A stretch of 64,000 bases of DNA. It comes from Candidatus Micrarchaeia archaeon. GTDB lineage: Archaea > Micrarchaeota > Micrarchaeia > CAILAH01. Of this stretch, positions 8,913-18,063 are shown piece by piece. The position numbers and the translations under genes were made by a program. Location of the stretch: positions 32,001-96,000 of the forward strand of contig JAVZCB010000001.1 in assembly GCA_038874595.1 (NCBI GenBank), read 5' to 3'. The notes beneath the pieces are model-generated. The model saw only the letters and a program-made list of their open reading frames with translations. It was not told the DNA's origin and made no database searches. How positions within the stretch are numbered: position 1 is the first letter of the stretch; each line of letters begins with the position of its first letter.

Positions 8913-9377
8913 ATGGCAAAGGTGTATTCTGTTCTGTATGAGGGCAGGTTTGAGGATGGCCAGGTTTTTGATGCGTCAGAAGAAGGCGCACCGCTTGTTT
9001 TTATTGGCGGTGCGGGGATGGTTATAGAAGGTTTTGAAAAAGGCATAGAAGGTATGGAGCCTGGCCAAGAAAAGGAAATAATAATCCCTCCTGAGGAGGG
9101 ATATGGCTACGCACATAAGGAGCTAATCATCAAGATGCCGAAAAGTGTCCTCGAAGGCATGCCTGATGTGCGTCCCGGCATGGAGATTGTGGCAACATTG
9201 GAAAACGGTGAGCAGGTACCTGTGAAGGTCTTATCGCTAGATGAGAGCACAGTAACGTTTGATTTCAATCATCCGCTTGCAGGCAAGACGCTCATTTTTA
9301 GGATTAAGCTTCTTGACAAGCACGAGGCAACGGATGAGGAGCTCGAGCAATTTTTTGGGGAGAGGAATACACAATAA
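8913..9377 (+). CDS. slyD: FKBP-type peptidyl-prolyl isomerase (SlyD-like)
   Basis: YEGRFEDGQVFD, PEEGYG, IF domain, DFNHPLAGKTL. Confidence 0.93.
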   Translation: MAKVYSVLYEGRFEDGQVFDASEEGAPLVFIGGAGMVIEGFEKGIEGMEPGQEKEIIIPPEEGYGYAHKELIIKMPKSVLEGMPDVRPGMEIVATLENGEQVPVKVLSLDESTVTFDFNHPLAGKTLIFRIKLLDKHEATDEELEQFFGERNTQ

Positions 9378-9415
9378 GTAGGATGCTTTATAATTTTACT
9401 AACTTATTTTATTTG

Positions 9416-9988
9416 ATGTCTATTGAAGACATAGCTGCAAAGGTTAAAGTATGTACAAAGTGCTCTTTGTGCAAGACGAGGATAAAAGCCGTACCCGGCG
9501 AAGGTAATTCAAACGCTAAAATAATGCTAATCGGTGAGGCGCCTGGTGCAAGTGAGGATGAGCAGGGTAAGCCATTTGTTGGTGCTGCTGGCAAACTGCT
9601 TAACCAAATGCTTGAAAATGCAGGGCTTAAGCGGGAGGATGTATTTATAACAAACATAGTAAAGTGTAGACCGCCCGGGAACCGGGACCCGTTGCCAGAG
9701 GAAAAGACTGCCTGTTCACCTTATCTTGATGCACAAATTGAGGCAATACAACCAGCTGTGATAGTTTGCCTTGGCAGGCACTCTGCTGAATATATGTTCA
9801 GTAAGTTTGGGATCGAGTTCCCAGGTATTACTAAAGCACGCGGCCAGCCTCGCAAGGTGGATTCACTTTTTGGCCATTTTATACTGTTCCCAACCTATCA
9901 CCCCGCTGCAACGATTTATAACCAGCAGCTTAGACCGGTTTTGGAGAGTGATTTTAAGGTGCTTGCAGGGTTAGTGAAAGCATATTGA
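9416..9988 (+). CDS. udg: uracil-DNA glycosylase family 4 (Fe-S)
   Basis: CxxCxLC, GEAPG, FVGAAG, NIVKCRPP, TYHPAA. Confidence 0.95.
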   Translation: MSIEDIAAKVKVCTKCSLCKTRIKAVPGEGNSNAKIMLIGEAPGASEDEQGKPFVGAAGKLLNQMLENAGLKREDVFITNIVKCRPPGNRDPLPEEKTACSPYLDAQIEAIQPAVIVCLGRHSAEYMFSKFGIEFPGITKARGQPRKVDSLFGHFILFPTYHPAATIYNQQLRPVLESDFKVLAGLVKAY

Positions 9989-10070
9989 GCAAAATATTTT
10001 AACTTCTGATACTCTGATGTAAAATTAATTGAAGCATATATAAGCTTTTTCTATTTTAACTATACCACAC

Positions 10071-10421
10071 GGGCCAGTAGCTCAGCCTGGTCAGAGCGGC
10101 GGTCTTATATGGCTCCGTCTGATAAAGTATGTAAGACTCAGGCTAAGAGAGCCGTAGGTCGGGAGTTCAAAGCACTGATGGAAGGGGGCACATCCCCCTC
10201 GCACATTCGCACTTGCGAATGGCGCATCGTTTGGCTTTGCCAAACGATTGTCCCTCGTGTGGTCTACACCTAACCCCCTGAGATATGGAGGAGGTGTAGC
10301 ACTGATGGAAGGGGCACATCCCCCTTCTCAACCCACCTATCCCCTATGAGGGTTTGGGTGTGCGAAAGAAGTGGATTTGGGTTCCTCTCCACACTTTAGT
10401 TTGAAAATCTCCCCTGGCCCA
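10071..10421 (+). tRNA. tRNA-Ile(UAU) with two introns (37/38: 10110-10149, 40 nt; 59/60: 10172-10407, 236 nt)
   Basis: GGGCCAG/CTGGCCC acceptor stem; CT-TAT-A anticodon loop; BHBs CUUA/UAAG and UUCA/UGAA with 3-nt bulges; T stem GGGAG/CTCCC. Confidence 0.88.
10171..10325 (+). repeat. 28-29 nt direct repeat with internal hairpin inside the tRNA-Ile T-loop intron (10171-10199 and 10298-10325)
   Basis: AGCACTGATGGAAGGGG(G)CACATCCCCCT twice, differing by one G. Confidence 0.95.
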
Positions 10422-10430
10422 CTTAGAAAA

Positions 10431-10751
10431 ATGACAAGAAGAAGGCTAAGCGCGAAGAAGAAAGGCGTCGCATCAGACATCGCTCGCGAGAGGGTTATTA
10501 CCCTCCTGCAACTTGCCAAGAAGATGCTGGGGCAAGGGAGGGATGATGTCGCGAAACGCTACTGCTCTCTTGCGCGAAAAATCCAGCTCAGGTACAGGGT
10601 CAGGCTGCCCCGCAAGGGTCGGCTTGAATACTGTAAGAAATGCTTTATTCCCTGGGTTCCTGGAAAGAGCGTACGCGTCAGGCTCGATAGCAATCGGCGT
10701 TGCGTTGAGTATGCATGTGTATGCGGCCATAAGAAAAGGATAGTTTATTAG
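10431..10751 (+). CDS. rnp4: RNase P protein subunit Rpp21
   Basis: IARERV..L, RY..LARKI, CKKC...CxCG Zn ribbon; lies before S19e. Confidence 0.92.
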   Translation: MTRRRLSAKKKGVASDIARERVITLLQLAKKMLGQGRDDVAKRYCSLARKIQLRYRVRLPRKGRLEYCKKCFIPWVPGKSVRVRLDSNRRCVEYACVCGHKKRIVY

Positions 10752-10758
10752 AGGTGTA

Positions 10759-11181
10759 ATGATGGTAGGAGTATATGAAGTTGATGCAAACCGGCTTATA
10801 GCCGTTTTGGCAAAGAAACTTGAATCTGATGGAGTCGTTGCGCCGCCGGCCTACATAAAGTACGTGAAGACAGGGTCTCACGTTGAGTTTGGTCCTGAAG
10901 ATAAGAAGTTCTGGTATAAGAGGTGTGCCTCCATATTAAGGCAGGCATATGTTTATGGTACTATAAGTGTGGGAGGGTTGCGCAGGCATTATGGTGGTAG
11001 GAAAAGGCACGTTGTAAGGCGTTCTCATCATCGTGATGCTGGCGGGGCGATAATCCGTCGGGCGATGCAACAGCTTGAGAAAGCAGGGCTCTTGAAGAAA
11101 GAGGCCAAGGGCAGGTCGCTTACCCCGGCAGGTAGGAAGATGGTTGATGCCGCATGCAAGGAGGCAGGAAAAAGTGAGTGA
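10759..11181 (+). CDS. rps19e: 30S ribosomal protein S19e
   Basis: YVKTG, WYKRCASILR, YGGRK, IIRRAMQQLE. Confidence 0.97.
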   Translation: MMVGVYEVDANRLIAVLAKKLESDGVVAPPAYIKYVKTGSHVEFGPEDKKFWYKRCASILRQAYVYGTISVGGLRRHYGGRKRHVVRRSHHRDAGGAIIRRAMQQLEKAGLLKKEAKGRSLTPAGRKMVDAACKEAGKSE

Positions 11182-11485
11182 AATGGATGACGATGAGCTG
11201 GAAGAGCTCCGGAAGAGAAAATTGCAGGAACAATATCAGGCCGCGTACCTTGAGCAGAAGTTGAAGGAGGTTATGCAGACCTTCTTGGAAGGCGCGGCGT
11301 ACGAGCGCGCAATGAATATCAGGAGTGTCAACCCAACGCTTTACAGGCAGCTTGCAATGGTGATTGCCCAACTTGCTGATAGCGGTCGACTGAGCAGGAA
11401 GCTCACCGAGAAAGAGCTCTTAGTTATTCTGTCGCGGTTAAGTGGCAGTAGGCGCGATCCTACGATTGAGATAAGGAGGAAGTGA
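11174..11485 (+). CDS. PDCD5-like dsDNA-binding protein
   Basis: [14 protein letters not shown]...A.ER..NI; conserved position after S19e. Confidence 0.9.
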   Translation: MSEMDDDELEELRKRKLQEQYQAAYLEQKLKEVMQTFLEGAAYERAMNIRSVNPTLYRQLAMVIAQLADSGRLSRKLTEKELLVILSRLSGSRRDPTIEIRRK

Positions 11486-11489
11486 TTAT

Positions 11490-11672
11490 ATGAAGAATGT
11501 AGATTATAGGCGTAAGAAAAAGGTTATGCTTGCAAAAAAGAGGAAGCAGAACAGGCGCGTGCCAATGTTTGTGATTGCCAGGACAAAAAGGAAGGTATCT
11601 GACAATCCGAAGAGAAGGCACTGGAGGTCAAGAAAGCTCGGCCTCAGCAAAGAGAAATTAAGAAAGATGTAG
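11490..11672 (+). CDS. rpl39e: 50S ribosomal protein L39e
   Basis: [12 protein letters not shown]...NPKRRHWR. Confidence 0.96.
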   Translation: MKNVDYRRKKKVMLAKKRKQNRRVPMFVIARTKRKVSDNPKRRHWRSRKLGLSKEKLRKM

Positions 11673-11682
11673 GTGTGTGTAT

Positions 11683-12147
11683 ATGGATGAAAGGCTTTAC
11701 ACAATAAGTTTTAGCAAGATATACTCGCTTGGCAGGCACAGGGAGCGTGCGCGGAAGGCAATAAAATACTTACGTGCATTCTCTGCGAGGCATATGAAGA
11801 CAACGGAAGATAAGGTTGTCATAGGTACAGATGTGAACGAGTACGTGTGGAGGAATGGTATCCAAAGGCCTCCAAGAAAAATCCGTGTGAAGATGATGAA
11901 GGATAAGGATGGGACAGTGATGGTGTCCTTGGAGCAGCCTGCTGCTAAGGCAGAAGAAAAACAGCCTCAAGTTAAGAAAGAGAAAGCGGTCAAGCAGCCA
12001 ACAAAAATAAAGGCAGAGCAGAAAAAGCCTGCTGCCAAGCCTGAGAATAAGAAAACAGAACCAAAACAGAAAGAGCCTCCACTGAAATCTGGTGTTGTGA
12101 AGGCTGAAAGTGAGAAGGCAGCTCAGGCATCAGGTGCCGGGCAGTAG
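11683..12147 (+). CDS. rpl31e: 50S ribosomal protein L31e with Lys/Pro/Ala-rich C-terminal extension
   Basis: ERLYTI, RARKAIK, NEYVWRNGI..PPRKIRV. Confidence 0.95.
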   Translation: MDERLYTISFSKIYSLGRHRERARKAIKYLRAFSARHMKTTEDKVVIGTDVNEYVWRNGIQRPPRKIRVKMMKDKDGTVMVSLEQPAAKAEEKQPQVKKEKAVKQPTKIKAEQKKPAAKPENKKTEPKQKEPPLKSGVVKAESEKAAQASGAGQ

Positions 12148-12166
12148 TGCAGGAAGTTGTTGGAAG

Positions 12167-12835
12167 ATGATAAAGCTAAACTTCTATGGCAATCCATACA
12201 TAGGTGTCTATGCAAAAGCAAGCGACCGTGTTGCGCTTATACCTCAAGATGCCCTTGATAAGTTTGAGGATTCTATCAGGCAACGCCTCAAAGTTGAAGT
12301 TTATAGGGCAACCATCGCATCTTCTGGCATACTTGGTATTTACACGGCGATGAATTCAAACGGTATTGTTGTTCCGAACCTGGCGTATAAGGATGAAGTG
12401 CATGCGCTCAGGAAGGAGACAGGAATGAATGTTTGCCAGCTGGATACCAAGTCAAACGCGATAGGCAATGTTATATGCTGTAACGATAAAGGAGCGATTG
12501 TATCAGATCTCCTTGAGAAATCAAATATAAAGAAGATTGAGGACTGCCTTGGTGTCGAGGCGGTCCAGCTTAGGATTGCCGGGTTTGCAACGGTTGGTGT
12601 TGCGTGCATAGCAACAAACAAAGGGCTTGTGGCACATAACAATATCTCCGATGATGAGCTGAAACAAATAGAGGAGGTACTGGGTGTTGATGGGATAAAT
12701 TCAAGTGTCAATATGGGGTTCCCGTTTCCTGCGTATGGCATTGTTGCGAACTCAAACGGGTATGTGGTTGGCGAGAAGACCTCAGGTATTGAGCTGATGC
12801 GCATTGAGCGTGGGTTAGGGTTTACAAAGAAGTGA
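12167..12835 (+). CDS. eif6: translation initiation factor aIF-6
   Basis: GNPYIGVY, NSNGIVV, GNVICCNDKG, ANSNG, TSGIELMRIE. Confidence 0.96.
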   Translation: MIKLNFYGNPYIGVYAKASDRVALIPQDALDKFEDSIRQRLKVEVYRATIASSGILGIYTAMNSNGIVVPNLAYKDEVHALRKETGMNVCQLDTKSNAIGNVICCNDKGAIVSDLLEKSNIKKIEDCLGVEAVQLRIAGFATVGVACIATNKGLVAHNNISDDELKQIEEVLGVDGINSSVNMGFPFPAYGIVANSNGYVVGEKTSGIELMRIERGLGFTKK

Positions 12836-12839
12836 TAGT

Positions 12840-13172
12840 ATGGTGCAGCCTGTTGTTTCATATGAAGATTTTCAGAAATTAGATATCAGGGTAGTGCGCA
12901 TAACCTCTGTTGAAAAAGTTGACAAGAGCGAGAAATTGCTTAAGCTTATTGTTAATACTGGGGAAGATGAGAGGGTGGTACTTGCAGGCATAGCACGCGA
13001 TTATGACCCAGATGAGCTTATAGGGCGCAAGGTGGTTGCAGTTTTAAACATGGAGCCTAGGCGCATTCTTGGTATTGAGTCAAAAGGTATGTTACTGGCA
13101 GCTGAAGAGGATGCCTTGCTATCTCTTCTCGTGCCAGATAAAGATGTTTCTGAAGGAAGCAGGATAGGGTGA
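12840..13172 (+). CDS. stand-alone tRNA-binding OB protein (MetRS C-terminal/Trbp111/CsaA family)
   Basis: EDFQKLDIRV, KLLKL, LAGI, ESKGMLLAA. Confidence 0.9.
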   Translation: MVQPVVSYEDFQKLDIRVVRITSVEKVDKSEKLLKLIVNTGEDERVVLAGIARDYDPDELIGRKVVAVLNMEPRRILGIESKGMLLAAEEDALLSLLVPDKDVSEGSRIG

Positions 13173-13176
13173 TTGT

Positions 13177-13353
13177 ATGAAATATGAGGTTTTGGGAAAT
13201 ATAAACATTAAGGGTGAGCTGAGGAAGTTCTGCATCGATATTGATGCTGCTAGTGAGAAGCATGCAAGGGACAAGGTAGCAGCATTTTTTGGCAGCAAGT
13301 ACGGCGTGAAAAGGAACGCAGTAAAAATCACAGAAGTTAAGAAGGGTGCATAA
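13177..13353 (+). CDS. rpl18a: 50S ribosomal protein LX (L18ae/eL20)
   Basis: Hand translation MKYEVLG...KFCIDIDAASEKHARDKVAAFFGSKYGVKRNAVKITEV (58 aa); sits just upstream of prefoldin. Confidence 0.9.
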   Translation: MKYEVLGNINIKGELRKFCIDIDAASEKHARDKVAAFFGSKYGVKRNAVKITEVKKGA

Positions 13354-13354
13354 A

Positions 13355-13756
13355 ATGGAGATTAATCGTGAGGAGATACAAAAGATTGCAATGGAGGCAG
13401 AGAATCTCCAAAGGATGCAGAAGGCCATAAAAGACCAGATAGTTGCTCTTAGCATGGCTTCACTTGAAGCGAGCGTGACAATGAACTCGCTTGAGAGCCT
13501 TAAAGGTGGTGAGAACTCTTTGGTTTCGCTTGGGTCAGGTGTGTTCTCGCACGGCACGGTTGGCAATGTAGATTTGGTCCTTGTTGATATTGGAGGTGGG
13601 GTCTACGGTGAATTCCCCAAGGCAAAGGCGATCGAGCTGTTAAAGAAGAGAATTGAGGATACGAAGACCGTAACAGCAAAGCTAGAAGCAGACCTGCACA
13701 AAATCGAATCATCGCTTGTTGAGCTTGAGAACCGTGCACGTAAGTTTATTCAATAA
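13355..13756 (+). CDS. pfdA: prefoldin subunit alpha
   Basis: Coiled coil, LVSLGSGVF, VLVDIGGGVY. Confidence 0.93.
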   Translation: MEINREEIQKIAMEAENLQRMQKAIKDQIVALSMASLEASVTMNSLESLKGGENSLVSLGSGVFSHGTVGNVDLVLVDIGGGVYGEFPKAKAIELLKKRIEDTKTVTAKLEADLHKIESSLVELENRARKFIQ

Positions 13757-13773
13757 TCGGCGGCTGATGTCGT

Positions 13774-15126
13774 ATGTGGGACCTTCTCAAATCCAAGATT
13801 TCTAATTTTATATCAAAGATTACTGGTGAGGAGGAAGGGAAGAAGAAAGAGGAGGCGGCCTTACGGGGGCAGGAACCAGGGAAAGACACACAACCCTCAA
13901 AGGAAGAACTGGTTGAGAGGGAAGAATTGAAAACGGACATAGCTCAAGCGATTGCGCCTGCGGAAAAACCTGAAATAAAGAAAGAAGATGACATCGAGGT
14001 GGAACACTTACAGGAACAAATCTCTCATGTTGAAGAGAAGAAGGAGATTCCAAAACCACACATACCATTATCACCAGATGAGCAGAGGGGCGAGGTAACA
14101 TCTTCTGTGCCCACTGCTCCTGTAAACAAGGATATTACAATTGGACGGCTTGAAGGGCAAAAAACCCCTGCTACGCCAGATGTGGAGAGTAAGACATCTG
14201 TTTCTGCCACGCCATCCAGCCAGAGTGCAGGGATAGAGATTAAGGTGGGCCTTGCAGATAAGCTTAAGAAAGCAGTTCTTGGAAAGATTAAGCTTAGCAG
14301 GGAAAAGATTGAAGAGATAACAGATGAATTAGAGTTTTCATTGATTCAGGCAGATGTGCATCCGGATGTTGCCGTAGAGGTATGCAGCAAAATCAAGGAA
14401 AGGATGGCTGATAAAGAGTTTTCGCGCGGTGATTTAGAGAACGAGATACGTGAAATACTGAGAGAGGTTTTTGAGAAGGAGGCATTTGGCGATAACAAGG
14501 TTTTTGACCTGATTGAGAAGGTCAGGCAAGGAAAAAAGCCTTACAAAATCTTGTTTGTTGGGCCCAACGGTGCAGGCAAGACAACTACCATAGCAAAGGT
14601 TGCGAGGATGCTTCTGGATGCCGGGTTTACAGTGGTAATTTCAGCTTCTGATACATTCAGGGCGGCCGCGATAGAGCAGACCGAAGAGCACGGCAAGCGC
14701 CTGGGAGTGCGCGTAATAAGGCAGAATTATGGTGCAGATGCTGCCGCAGTGGCGTTTGATGCAATAAAGCATGCTGAGGCAAACAATATTGATGTGGTTT
14801 TGATTGACAGTGCAGGAAGGCAGGATACTAATTTCAACCTGTTAAAAGAGCTGCAGAAGATTAACCGGATATCCACTCCAGATTTGAGGATTTTCGTAGG
14901 AGAATCAATTGCAGGCAATTCTTTATACCAGCAGGTAGGTAAATTCAAGGAAATGATTGGGCTTGATGGTGTTATTCTCACAAAAGCTGATTGCGATGCC
15001 AAAGGTGGCACGGCAATTTCAATTCTGAGGGAGACGGGTGTCCCAATAATTTATTTGGGTATGGGGCAGTCATATACAGATTTAAAGAAGTTTGACCCTA
15101 GCTACATAATAAACAACATAGTGTAA
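13774..15126 (+). CDS. ftsY: SRP receptor FtsY
   Basis: GPNGAGKTTTIAK, DTFRAAA, DSAGR, TKAD..AKGG; acidic N-domain. Confidence 0.97.
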   Translation: MWDLLKSKISNFISKITGEEEGKKKEEAALRGQEPGKDTQPSKEELVEREELKTDIAQAIAPAEKPEIKKEDDIEVEHLQEQISHVEEKKEIPKPHIPLSPDEQRGEVTSSVPTAPVNKDITIGRLEGQKTPATPDVESKTSVSATPSSQSAGIEIKVGLADKLKKAVLGKIKLSREKIEEITDELEFSLIQADVHPDVAVEVCSKIKERMADKEFSRGDLENEIREILREVFEKEAFGDNKVFDLIEKVRQGKKPYKILFVGPNGAGKTTTIAKVARMLLDAGFTVVISASDTFRAAAIEQTEEHGKRLGVRVIRQNYGADAAAVAFDAIKHAEANNIDVVLIDSAGRQDTNFNLLKELQKINRISTPDLRIFVGESIAGNSLYQQVGKFKEMIGLDGVILTKADCDAKGGTAISILRETGVPIIYLGMGQSYTDLKKFDPSYIINNIV

Positions 15127-15163
15127 ATCCAATAAAATTAAATTAAAAAGAATTAGTTCTTTC

Positions 15164-15766
15164 TTATGCTTCAGAATAGCAGTAACTGGTAAGTAACTCC
15201 ACCATATCCATTTTATTCATAAGTTTCGCGCGGTCAATAGCACTCCTGCCAGACGCATCTGTCAGTTTTGGCTCTGCACCTGCATTTATCAGTACCTGTG
15301 CCGTCTTCTTATTTCCATGTATGGACATCATAAGTGCATCGCAGCCGTGCATATCAACCGCTTTAACGTTTGCCCCATTCTCGATTAAGAATTTAACAAG
15401 CTCAGTGTTCCCGCTCATCGAAGCCCACATAAGTGGCGTCTGCCCAAACTCATCTGCGGCATTTACGCTTGCACCAAGCTTAACCAGGAACATTGCAAGC
15501 TCAGTTTGGTCAGTTATCACTGCGAGCATCAATGCAGTTCTCGAGAAAGCATCCCGCGCATTCACATCCGCGCCATTTTTGATTGCATTAACCGCCCCAC
15601 AGACATTCTTATGCTTAATACAATCGATTAATTCCGCGCTCATTCTTTTTCTCAGTTCGTCCTTTTGCAAAACAGATAAGAACGGCCTTGCATTAGGGTT
15701 GATTGGTGCCCCCGCGTTCGATAGCTCCTTGCGTTTCTCCTCTAAACTAACCACAGATATTGCCAT
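15164..15766 (-). CDS. ankyrin repeat protein
   Basis: About 4 repeats (GADVNARD..RTALMLA; GQTPLMWAS..GNTELVKFLIENGANV); start after GGAG (ORF open to 15916). Confidence 0.93.
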   Translation of the reverse strand: MAISVVSLEEKRKELSNAGAPINPNARPFLSVLQKDELRKRMSAELIDCIKHKNVCGAVNAIKNGADVNARDAFSRTALMLAVITDQTELAMFLVKLGASVNAADEFGQTPLMWASMSGNTELVKFLIENGANVKAVDMHGCDALMMSIHGNKKTAQVLINAGAEPKLTDASGRSAIDRAKLMNKMDMVELLTSYCYSEA

Positions 15767-15969
15767 AGCAATCCACTCCTTTTTGCAAGATGCACAGCTA
15801 ATTACAGCTAGCACCCATGCACTGCCGGCCGAAAAGTTGCTCCACCTTGGCCGCACCAACCCGTGTACACACACAAAAATGAGGTTGGTCTTACAGCAGG
15901 TAGTATTATGTGCCATAACTTTTTAAATATAATTGGATAAAAATTTACTTCTGAAATTTTGGTAAAGAA

Positions 15970-16188
15970 TTAAGAAAGTGCTTTTTTAACAGCGTTCTCG
16001 TCTGCTAGTTCGACAACGTTGTCGAGCAATTCAAGATGCTTTATGTTAACTTTTCTTGTTCCTTTCTTTCGTGTTGCAGTCATCACTTCGACGAAAGACC
16101 CATCAAGCACCTTCGTGATAATACACTTCGTACCTGCATCACGGCCCTTGAGCTTCACACACACCCTACCAGGTTCTATCCCTTTCAT
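15970..16188 (-). CDS. rpl14e: 50S ribosomal protein L14e
   Basis: IEPGRVCVK.KGRDAG.KC...VNIKHLE. Confidence 0.96.
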   Translation of the reverse strand: MKGIEPGRVCVKLKGRDAGTKCIITKVLDGSFVEVMTATRKKGTRKVNIKHLELLDNVVELADENAVKKALS

Positions 16189-16194
16189 AAAATA

Positions 16195-16710
16195 TCACCT
16201 TACCACTTTCGCTGCTTCAATTATTATTTTTGCGGCTTTTTCAGGTTCGATATGCTCTGTGTTTATGCATATGTGGAACCTATTAATATCGTCAATATTT
16301 ATCCTGTATAGCTTTATATATCTCTCTCTGTTTTGCTGGTCTTTCTTATGTACGATCTTACGCGCGCTATATATAGATATATTGTCTCTCTTTGCGACCC
16401 TCTCGGCACGTATCTTTTCATTTGCATAAAGCCATACATTCAGGTCAGCGTTTGCAAACCATGGCGCCAGCCAGGTGCTCGTTACGAAAGATTTATGCTT
16501 TTTCATCTCAGCGATTTGTTTTCTGTCAAGCTCAATATCAAACCGCTTATCTTTAGCAGCCATCTCCTGGAATTTAAGCAGGGAGATACCGCGCGCTTTT
16601 GCCTCATCCTTCATGGAAAAAGCTATGTTTGGCACCTTCAATTTTTTGGATATTATGCCTGCAATTGTTGTTTTACCGGCACCAGTTAGGCCAGAGATAG
16701 CAATTTTCAT
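16195..16710 (-). CDS. cmk: cytidylate kinase (archaeal type)
   Basis: IAISGLTGAGKTT, D.ELD..Q, RAERVAKRD; operon position. Confidence 0.93.
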   Translation of the reverse strand: MKIAISGLTGAGKTTIAGIISKKLKVPNIAFSMKDEAKARGISLLKFQEMAAKDKRFDIELDRKQIAEMKKHKSFVTSTWLAPWFANADLNVWLYANEKIRAERVAKRDNISIYSARKIVHKKDQQNRERYIKLYRINIDDINRFHICINTEHIEPEKAAKIIIEAAKVVR

Positions 16711-17010
16711 TTAGAGGTACCTCTGGAAAACAAGCGGCACATCGGCTGCTTTCATATCATTTTCTTTAACTCTTGCCCTGTACATAATTACGCGCTCACT
16801 GCACTTGTGGCATAGGTAACCTCCAAACGGCCTTTCAGGCCTCTTCTCGGTCTTTCTCAGCGAACGCGCATATGCAGTACCTTTAAGTGGTGCTTTGCAT
16901 ATCCCGCAACGCGGCTTATGCTTTTTTGCGTTCTTGATTAGCTTTTTGAGCACACCTCCAGGTGTTCTCCTGTAAACTTTCTTCTTAACCCTCTCTTTTG
17001 GTTTTACCAT
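16711..17010 (-). CDS. rpl34e: 50S ribosomal protein L34e
   Basis: RRTPGG, CGIC, RPERPFGGYLC..C. Confidence 0.96.
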   Translation of the reverse strand: MVKPKERVKKKVYRRTPGGVLKKLIKNAKKHKPRCGICKAPLKGTAYARSLRKTEKRPERPFGGYLCHKCSERVIMYRARVKENDMKAADVPLVFQRYL

Positions 17011-17497
17011 TCGTCTTACCTCCTAACTTAACCTGAGCCACCAGGCTCACGAGCATAAATGATATCCAGAACCACGCTACCGGCCCGAAAGATGTCCTCC
17101 AATTTATGAGTTCCCCGTGATTGAATGGGATTGGCAATGCAATCGGTGTGTGTATAATATAATCAAAGAAGTGCACATAGAGCTGGCTCGCAATCAAGGA
17201 TGTCACGAGCAGTAGGGGAAGTGTGAACAGCATCGGTTTTAGCTGCATCTTGAGCATATCCATAGCCATCTGGTTCATCTTACTCTCATACTCTTTGAGC
17301 TCTTTATCCCTGTGCGCCTTTGCAGCATCAAAGTATTTTTTTTGTATTGCTCTCATTTCTTCTTGCATTTCTTTGTTTTTTTCCATAACCAATTTCATAC
17401 CGCCAATCTCATACACAATATACCTAAACACAAGTGCATATGCACCAGCCAGGATACATATGATGATTGTTACCATTTGTGGATCGAACATACTCAC
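16985..17497 (-). CDS. DUF106 / EMC3-TMCO1 (Oxa1 superfamily) membrane protein
   Basis: TM, coiled coil, KPMLFT, TM...W.W; between adk and L34e. Confidence 0.88.
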   Translation of the reverse strand: MSMFDPQMVTIIICILAGAYALVFRYIVYEIGGMKLVMEKNKEMQEEMRAIQKKYFDAAKAHRDKELKEYESKMNQMAMDMLKMQLKPMLFTLPLLLVTSLIASQLYVHFFDYIIHTPIALPIPFNHGELINWRTSFGPVAWFWISFMLVSLVAQVKLGGKTNGKTKREG

Positions 17498-17502
17498 ACC
17501 AC

Positions 17503-18060
17503 TTATCCTCTAGGTTTTACGCTTTCCTCAAACTCCTTTATTGCATCTTCTAATTTGCCGTCTTCATTAATTATAAACTTTACTGGCGCATTCGCCTGAG
17601 ATGCATAGGTACATACAAGCGACAGGTTTATTTCCTCATGAAACTTTATCTGCTCAAGCGTCTCAATATCTCTTTTCCGTGACTTGTCACGCATTCTTCT
17701 TGACAAGATCGTCTCCATCGACGCGTGTATATACACAAATGCATCCACTTTGATTTTAGAGAGTATGTAGTATGGAAATCCTGGATAATATCCATCTACA
17801 GTCTTGACGGATGCATGTGTATCAACTATTGTATCCCGGTCGTACTTAAGAAGTGCGTTTGCCGCTTTGCTCTGCAGCTCACGGAACTTATCGCGCGTGA
17901 GGTTTCGCATCTCATCACGGTTTTTCAGGCCGTATTCCTTTTGTGCAATCTCATACATCAGTGTTCCAAAGTTGATAACCTTTGCATCAGGATGCCTGCG
18001 GACAAACTCATCGATTATAGAGCTTTTGCCTGCCCCAGGCGTTCCCATAACTATTATCAT
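17503..18060 (-). CDS. adkA: adenylate kinase (archaeal type)
   Basis: GTPGAGKS, NFGTLM, RDEMR, DTH, GYYPG. Confidence 0.95.
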   Translation of the reverse strand: MIIVMGTPGAGKSSIIDEFVRRHPDAKVINFGTLMYEIAQKEYGLKNRDEMRNLTRDKFRELQSKAANALLKYDRDTIVDTHASVKTVDGYYPGFPYYILSKIKVDAFVYIHASMETILSRRMRDKSRKRDIETLEQIKFHEEINLSLVCTYASQANAPVKFIINEDGKLEDAIKEFEESVKPRG

Positions 18061-18063
18061 CAG

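Noticed and set aside
10171-10325. CRISPR mini-array
   Set aside because: Only two repeats, a 98-nt structured spacer, no cas genes, and it lies inside a tRNA intron.
10172-10407. RNase P RNA, SRP RNA or a homing endonuclease in the large intron
   Set aside because: No CR-I/CR-V pair or SRP helix-8 motif was recognised. The plus-strand ATG ORFs checked are only 31 and 14 codons, with no protein-like features.
10371-10430. N-terminal extension of Rpp21 in the ORF track
   Set aside because: It overlaps the tRNA-Ile intron and 3' exon; 10431 is the more plausible start.
11930-12147. Novel domain on L31e (and the FtsY N-terminus)
   Set aside because: Low-complexity charged extensions are common on these proteins.
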